DNA of 30,471 nucleotides, from positions 17,509-47,979 of the forward strand of contig JBBDYA010000129.1 of assembly GCA_040902005.1 (NCBI GenBank), in the 5' to 3' direction. The stretch is from Gemmatimonadaceae bacterium. GTDB taxonomy: Bacteria; Gemmatimonadota; Gemmatimonadetes; Gemmatimonadales; Gemmatimonadaceae. The notes beneath the pieces are model-generated. The model had not been told where the DNA came from. It was given only the letters and a program-made list of their open reading frames with translations, and did not search any database. Of the stretch, positions 26,234 through 30,471 are shown in pieces (position 1 is the first letter of the stretch; the number at the start of each line of letters is the position of its first letter). The translations under genes and the position numbers were made by a program.

Positions 26234-26836
26234 GTGCGCCGATTTCTCGCGCTCGGCGACTCCTACACGATCGGCGAGGGCGTAGACGACACGGAGCGAT
26301 GGCCGGCCCAGCTCGTACAGGAACTGCGGCATCGTGACGTCGAGATCGCTGATCCCGCCATCATTGCCCGCACCGGGTGGACCACGGACGAGCTGGCGGA
26401 GGCCATTGCTGGCGCGTCACCCGAGGGTCCGTACGCTCTCACGACGCTCCTCATAGGCGTCAACGATCAGTATCGCGGCCGGGCGCTCGAGTCGTTCGCG
26501 TCGCAGTTCGAGGCGTTGCTTCAGACGGCCATCGACCTGGCCGGCAATGCGCCGTCCCGGACGCTCGTGCTCTCCATTCCGGATTGGAGCGAGACCCCAT
26601 TCGCCGAGGGACGCGATCGCCAGGCCGTCCGGCGAGACATCGATGCGTACAATACCGCTGTCCGCGCGCAGGCGGCGGCCGCGGAGGTGGGCTGGGTGGA
26701 CGTCACCGAGAGCTCCCGCGAGATGCGCAGGAATCCGGCACTCGTCACGGCAGACGGACTGCACCCATCCGGGGAGATGTATCGCCGTTGGGCGGCACTC
26801 CTGGTTGCCCCAGCGCTCCGTGCCTTGTCGCGCTAA
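26234..26836 (+). CDS. SGNH/GDSL hydrolase
   Basis: LGDSYT, TGWTT, IGVND, DGLHPS. Confidence 0.92.
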   Translation: MRRFLALGDSYTIGEGVDDTERWPAQLVQELRHRDVEIADPAIIARTGWTTDELAEAIAGASPEGPYALTTLLIGVNDQYRGRALESFASQFEALLQTAIDLAGNAPSRTLVLSIPDWSETPFAEGRDRQAVRRDIDAYNTAVRAQAAAAEVGWVDVTESSREMRRNPALVTADGLHPSGEMYRRWAALLVAPALRALSR

Positions 26837-26870
26837 CGGGGGGGGGCGATGGCTGCCGCCTACCCCGCTC

Positions 26871-27824
26871 CTATCGGAGCCGCGCCAGGTCTGCTTCGGC
26901 CGCGATGTAACCGAAGGACGCCCACTGTCCGCCGCTGAGGATGCGCTCGAATGCCTGGATCGCGCGGGTCGTGTCACCGTTGTACAGCAGCCAGTTGGCG
27001 AGCCCGTAGGCGTAGGAGGCATCGCTCGCGCTGCCGGCGCCCGGCGCGATGAGGAGGCTGTCGACGGCCGCGCCCGACGCCCCACTCCGGTACATCCGCA
27101 CGAGTCGGTAATAACTCTCATTCTCGATGATGTCGAAGTCGTCGCGAATGGGCGCGAGGGCCGTCAGCGCCGACGAGCTGTCCACGGCGCGGCGTAGTGC
27201 CATGTACAGCCAGTGGGTCTGCGAGACCAACCGGTCCGGATTGGAGGACACTCCGACGCCCGAACGTGCCGCGAGCGCCGCATTGTTCCAGTCGCCCTTC
27301 AGGTAGTGCGCGAGCGCGAGGTGGTACCAGACGTTCGACTGCAGCGATCCGATCGGAATGTTGCGCGCGTTTGGCTGGCCGTCGGGCTCCACGTCATCGG
27401 GACGCCCTGCCATGAGGCGCGCGGCGGCCTCCAGGTCCGCGATCGCGTCGTCGAAGCGGCGGACGCTGATGTAGCGGTGGCCGCGGTGGCGGAACATGCG
27501 GGGATCGCTCGGGAAACGGCGCACGCCATCACTGAAGGTGTTGATCGCATCGCGGTAGTGGCCGAGATATCCCTGGCGCCGACCCACCCAGATCAGCGCG
27601 TCCGCGTCATCCGGCTTTGCGGCAGCGTCGGACTCCGCCCGGCCCAGATCGCCTTGCATGCGCTCGAGCGCCGCGGGCGCGAACTCGGGACGAAACAATG
27701 TGTCGCCCAGCAGCGAAACGGCCTCGGCACCGTTCGGCAGTTGAGCAAGGGCGTCCTGACTGGCGGGACGCTGATCGCACCCAGCGAGCGTGCCGGCGAT
27801 GAGCAGGAGGGAGAGTGAGCGCAT
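26871..27824 (-). CDS. TPR-containing lipoprotein
   Basis: LAGC lipobox; TPR-like helices (RHRGHRYI, WYHLALAHYLKGD, YAYGLANW). Confidence 0.82.
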   Translation of the reverse strand: MRSLSLLLIAGTLAGCDQRPASQDALAQLPNGAEAVSLLGDTLFRPEFAPAALERMQGDLGRAESDAAAKPDDADALIWVGRRQGYLGHYRDAINTFSDGVRRFPSDPRMFRHRGHRYISVRRFDDAIADLEAAARLMAGRPDDVEPDGQPNARNIPIGSLQSNVWYHLALAHYLKGDWNNAALAARSGVGVSSNPDRLVSQTHWLYMALRRAVDSSSALTALAPIRDDFDIIENESYYRLVRMYRSGASGAAVDSLLIAPGAGSASDASYAYGLANWLLYNGDTTRAIQAFERILSGGQWASFGYIAAEADLARLR

Positions 27825-27841
27825 GATGGGGATAGTGTGTC

Positions 27842-28330
27842 CTACAGAGCCCGGCGCAGGAAGAGGAGGGCTACGCCGTCCCGGAAGTAATCGGGAATGC
27901 GCCCCTCCTGCCGGAACCCGTTGGCGCGAAGCAGCGTGATCGATCGACCCACGGCGGCGTCCGCAGGCAGCTCGGCGACCAACAGCGAGCCGCCGCCCTG
28001 CCTCACCTGATCGGCCACGGCGTCCAGGATGATTCCGCCGATCTCACGCAGCTCGACATCCGGCGCGATGAGCACCGCGTCCAGCCTCCAGGCGATGGAC
28101 CCCTCCACCGGGCCGAACAAGGCAAGCGCCGCGGCAGTACCGTCACGCTCGATCAGCAGCCCCCCCCCCCCCCCCCGGGGCTCGGGGTGCCAAGCGATCG
28201 CCTGGTCCAACAGCTCGAGGACCCGGTCCACGTACGGCGTAGCGCCGAGGGATCCGAGGACGAGCGCGCGCGCCGCCGGAGCGTCGCCGGGGTGCAGCGG
28301 TCGCGGCGCGGCGTTGAAGTAGCCGGTCAC
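27842..28330 (-). CDS. GNAT-fold protein (divergent acetyltransferase)
   Basis: LLVAEL...LLRANGFRQEGRIPDYF; the classical R/QxxGxG motif is poorly conserved. Confidence 0.65.
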   Translation of the reverse strand: MTGYFNAAPRPLHPGDAPAARALVLGSLGATPYVDRVLELLDQAIAWHPEPRGGGGGLLIERDGTAAALALFGPVEGSIAWRLDAVLIAPDVELREIGGIILDAVADQVRQGGGSLLVAELPADAAVGRSITLLRANGFRQEGRIPDYFRDGVALLFLRRAL

Positions 28331-28340
28331 CCGCTGGGGC

Positions 28341-29747
28341 TCAGATGTGCAGGGCGCGCCCGAGCGTGGCGAGCGCCGCTTCTTTCGTCACCTCGGAGAG
28401 CGTGGGATGCGCGTGCACCGTCATGCCGATGTCGTCCGCGGACGCTCGGTACTCGAACGCGAGCACGACTTCGCCGATCAGTTCCGAGACGTTCGGCCCG
28501 ATCATGTGACATCCGAGCAGTTCGTCCGTTCGCGCGTCCGCGACGAACTTCACGAAGCCGCTGCTCTCGCCCATGGAGCGCGCCCGCCCATTGGCGGAGA
28601 AGGGGAATCTGCCGGTGCTGTACTCGCGGCCGCTTTCCTTCACCTGCGTCTCCGTGAGTCCGACGCTCGCGATCTCCGGCCAGGTGTACACGACACTGGG
28701 GATGGATGTGTAGTGCATGCGCGCCGGCTTTCCCGCGATCACCTCCGCCGCGACCGCGCCCTCCTCCTCCGCCTTGTGCGCGAGCATGGGGCCGGGAACG
28801 CAATCACCAATGGCGAATACGTTCGGAAGGTTTGTTCGCATCAGATCGTCCACCACGATCTCGCCGCGCTTCGACAATTGCAATCCGAGCGCGGCCGCGT
28901 CGATGCCGGTGAGTGAGGCGCGCCTGCCGACTGACACGAGGACGTGATCGCCCGAAAGAGTCTCTTTCCTGCCGTCTTTCTCGACCTCGATTTCAACGCC
29001 GCCCTTCGTAGCCCTGCCGGCGACGACCTTGGTTCCTGCCCGGATCGCCAGTCCCTGCTTGCGGAACACCTTGTCCGCTTCTTTCACGAGGTCGTGATCC
29101 ATGCCGGGCAGGATGTCGGGCATGAGTTCGAGCACAGTGACTTTCGCGCCAAGTCGGCGCCACACGGACCCGAGCTCGAGGCCGATGACGCCGCCGCCGA
29201 CCACGACGAGGTGCCCGGGAACCCTGGGGATTTTCAGTGCGCCGATGTTCGAGAGCACGCGCTCCTCGTCGAACTTGAGGAAGGGCAGCTCCACGGGAAC
29301 GGATCCGGTGGCGATGATGACGTGCTTCGCCTGGTACTCGGTCGTGGCACCGTCGGCGCCCGCGACCGTGACGACGTTGTTCTTCCCGAGCGTTCCGCGC
29401 CCCTTGGCCCAGGTGATCTTGTTCTTCCGGAAGAGGAACTCGATGCCCTTCGTGTTCTGCCCGACGACGTCGTCCTTGCGCTTCAGCATCGTGTCGAGCT
29501 TCAGCTCCACGTTGCCGAGGACTATTCCGTGCGACGCGGCAGCGTGCCGCGAGAACTCGAAGTGCTCGCTGCTGGTGAGCAGGGCCTTGGACGGGATGCA
29601 GCCGACGTTGACGCACGTGCCGCCGAGGGTGTTGTCCATCTCAACGCACACCGTGGAGAGACCGAGTTGGGCGGCGCGAATCGCGGCGACGTAACCGCCG
29701 GGACCGCCGCCGATGATGACGACGTCGGCGTTCTGTGCGGCCGCCAC
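28341..29747 (-). CDS. lpdA: Dihydrolipoamide dehydrogenase (E3)
   Basis: GGGPGGY, GGTCVNVGCIPSK, GGGVIGLE, MLAHKA, HAHPTLSE. Confidence 0.97.
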   Translation of the reverse strand: MAAAQNADVVIIGGGPGGYVAAIRAAQLGLSTVCVEMDNTLGGTCVNVGCIPSKALLTSSEHFEFSRHAAASHGIVLGNVELKLDTMLKRKDDVVGQNTKGIEFLFRKNKITWAKGRGTLGKNNVVTVAGADGATTEYQAKHVIIATGSVPVELPFLKFDEERVLSNIGALKIPRVPGHLVVVGGGVIGLELGSVWRRLGAKVTVLELMPDILPGMDHDLVKEADKVFRKQGLAIRAGTKVVAGRATKGGVEIEVEKDGRKETLSGDHVLVSVGRRASLTGIDAAALGLQLSKRGEIVVDDLMRTNLPNVFAIGDCVPGPMLAHKAEEEGAVAAEVIAGKPARMHYTSIPSVVYTWPEIASVGLTETQVKESGREYSTGRFPFSANGRARSMGESSGFVKFVADARTDELLGCHMIGPNVSELIGEVVLAFEYRASADDIGMTVHAHPTLSEVTKEAALATLGRALHI

Positions 29748-30471
29748 TCAGTCCACCAGCATCAGCGCCGGATCTTCCATCAGTTCCTTGATCCGGACGA
29801 GGAACAGCACCGCCTGCTGTCCGTCGATGATGCGGTGATCGTAGGACAGCGCTACGTACATCATCGGGCGAACCACGACCTGTCCGTTCACCGCGATGGG
29901 CCGCTCCTGAATCTTGTGCAGCCCCAGGATGCCCACCTGGGGATAATTGATGATCGGTGTGGAGACGAGCGAGCCGAAGACGCCGCCGTTCGTGATGGTG
30001 AAGGTGCCGCCGGACAGGTCGTCCATGGTCAGTTTGCCCTCGCGAGCGCGCGTCGCCACGTCGATGATGCCCCGTGCGACGTCGAGCAGCCCCAGGCGAT
30101 CGGCATCCTTGATGTTGGGTACCACGAGCCCGGCGTCCGAGGCCACCGCGATCCCCATGTTCACATAGTGACTGTAGAGGATCGAGTCGCCGTCCACCTT
30201 GGCGTTCACCGTCGGATACGTCTCGAGCGCCAGGCACGCCGCCTTCACGAAGAAGGGCATGAAGGACAGCCGCACGCCATGCTCCTTCTCCACGCGTTCC
30301 TTGATCCGCCCGCGCAGCGCCTCGACGGCGCTCATGTCGATCTCGTTGAAGGTCGTGAGGTGCGCCGTGGCGTGCTGCGACTCGAGCAAGTGCTCGGCAA
30401 TTCGCTTGCGCCGCGTGGACATCTTCTCGCGGGTTTCGCGTTCGCCCGTGCGCGCCACCGGTGGCGCCGGG
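29748..30471 (-). CDS. sucB: Dihydrolipoamide succinyltransferase, 2-oxoglutarate dehydrogenase E2 (partial, catalytic domain; 5' end outside the window)
   Basis: [44 protein letters not shown]. Confidence 0.92.
   Translation of the reverse strand, partial: PAPPVARTGERETREKMSTRRKRIAEHLLESQHATAHLTTFNEIDMSAVEALRGRIKERVEKEHGVRLSFMPFFVKAACLALETYPTVNAKVDGDSILYSHYVNMGIAVASDAGLVVPNIKDADRLGLLDVARGIIDVATRAREGKLTMDDLSGGTFTITNGGVFGSLVSTPIINYPQVGILGLHKIQERPIAVNGQVVVRPMMYVALSYDHRIIDGQQAVLFLVRIKELMEDPALMLVD

Overview
GC-rich bacterial chromosomal window, mostly housekeeping and metabolic genes. Gene content and style suggest Gemmatimonadota (inference only). In order: end of a PBP1A-like gene, a degenerate GGDEF-AAA-TPR regulator, a lipoprotein, two hypotheticals and an atypical EF-G paralogue. 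A long minus-strand block follows: GHMP sugar kinase, M20 deacylase, small Rof/WYL-like protein, RNase HI with a rearranged active site, zinc-ribbon protein, lipoprotein, membrane protein, FAD oxidoreductase and thyX, then a separately promoted four-gene operon (ATP-grasp, ATP-grasp, GNAT, KamA-type aminomutase). The rest holds otsAB, a phasin/histone-like protein, a CaiB CoA-transferase, an ECF sigma/anti-sigma pair, an SGNH hydrolase, a TPR lipoprotein, a GNAT, lpdA and part of sucB. No rRNA, tRNA, CRISPR array or transposase was seen. Main leads: (1) the KamA + two ATP-grasp + GNAT operon, a candidate pathway for an acetylated beta-lysine peptide; (2) two non-coding elements (313 and 185 bp) with shared IS5-like ends, C(T/C)AG flanks and different hairpin interiors; (3) an RNase HI lacking the canonical catalytic Glu, coupled to a Rof-like gene; (4) an EF-G paralogue with degenerate GTPase motifs. 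All calls come from reading motifs by eye; no searches were run.
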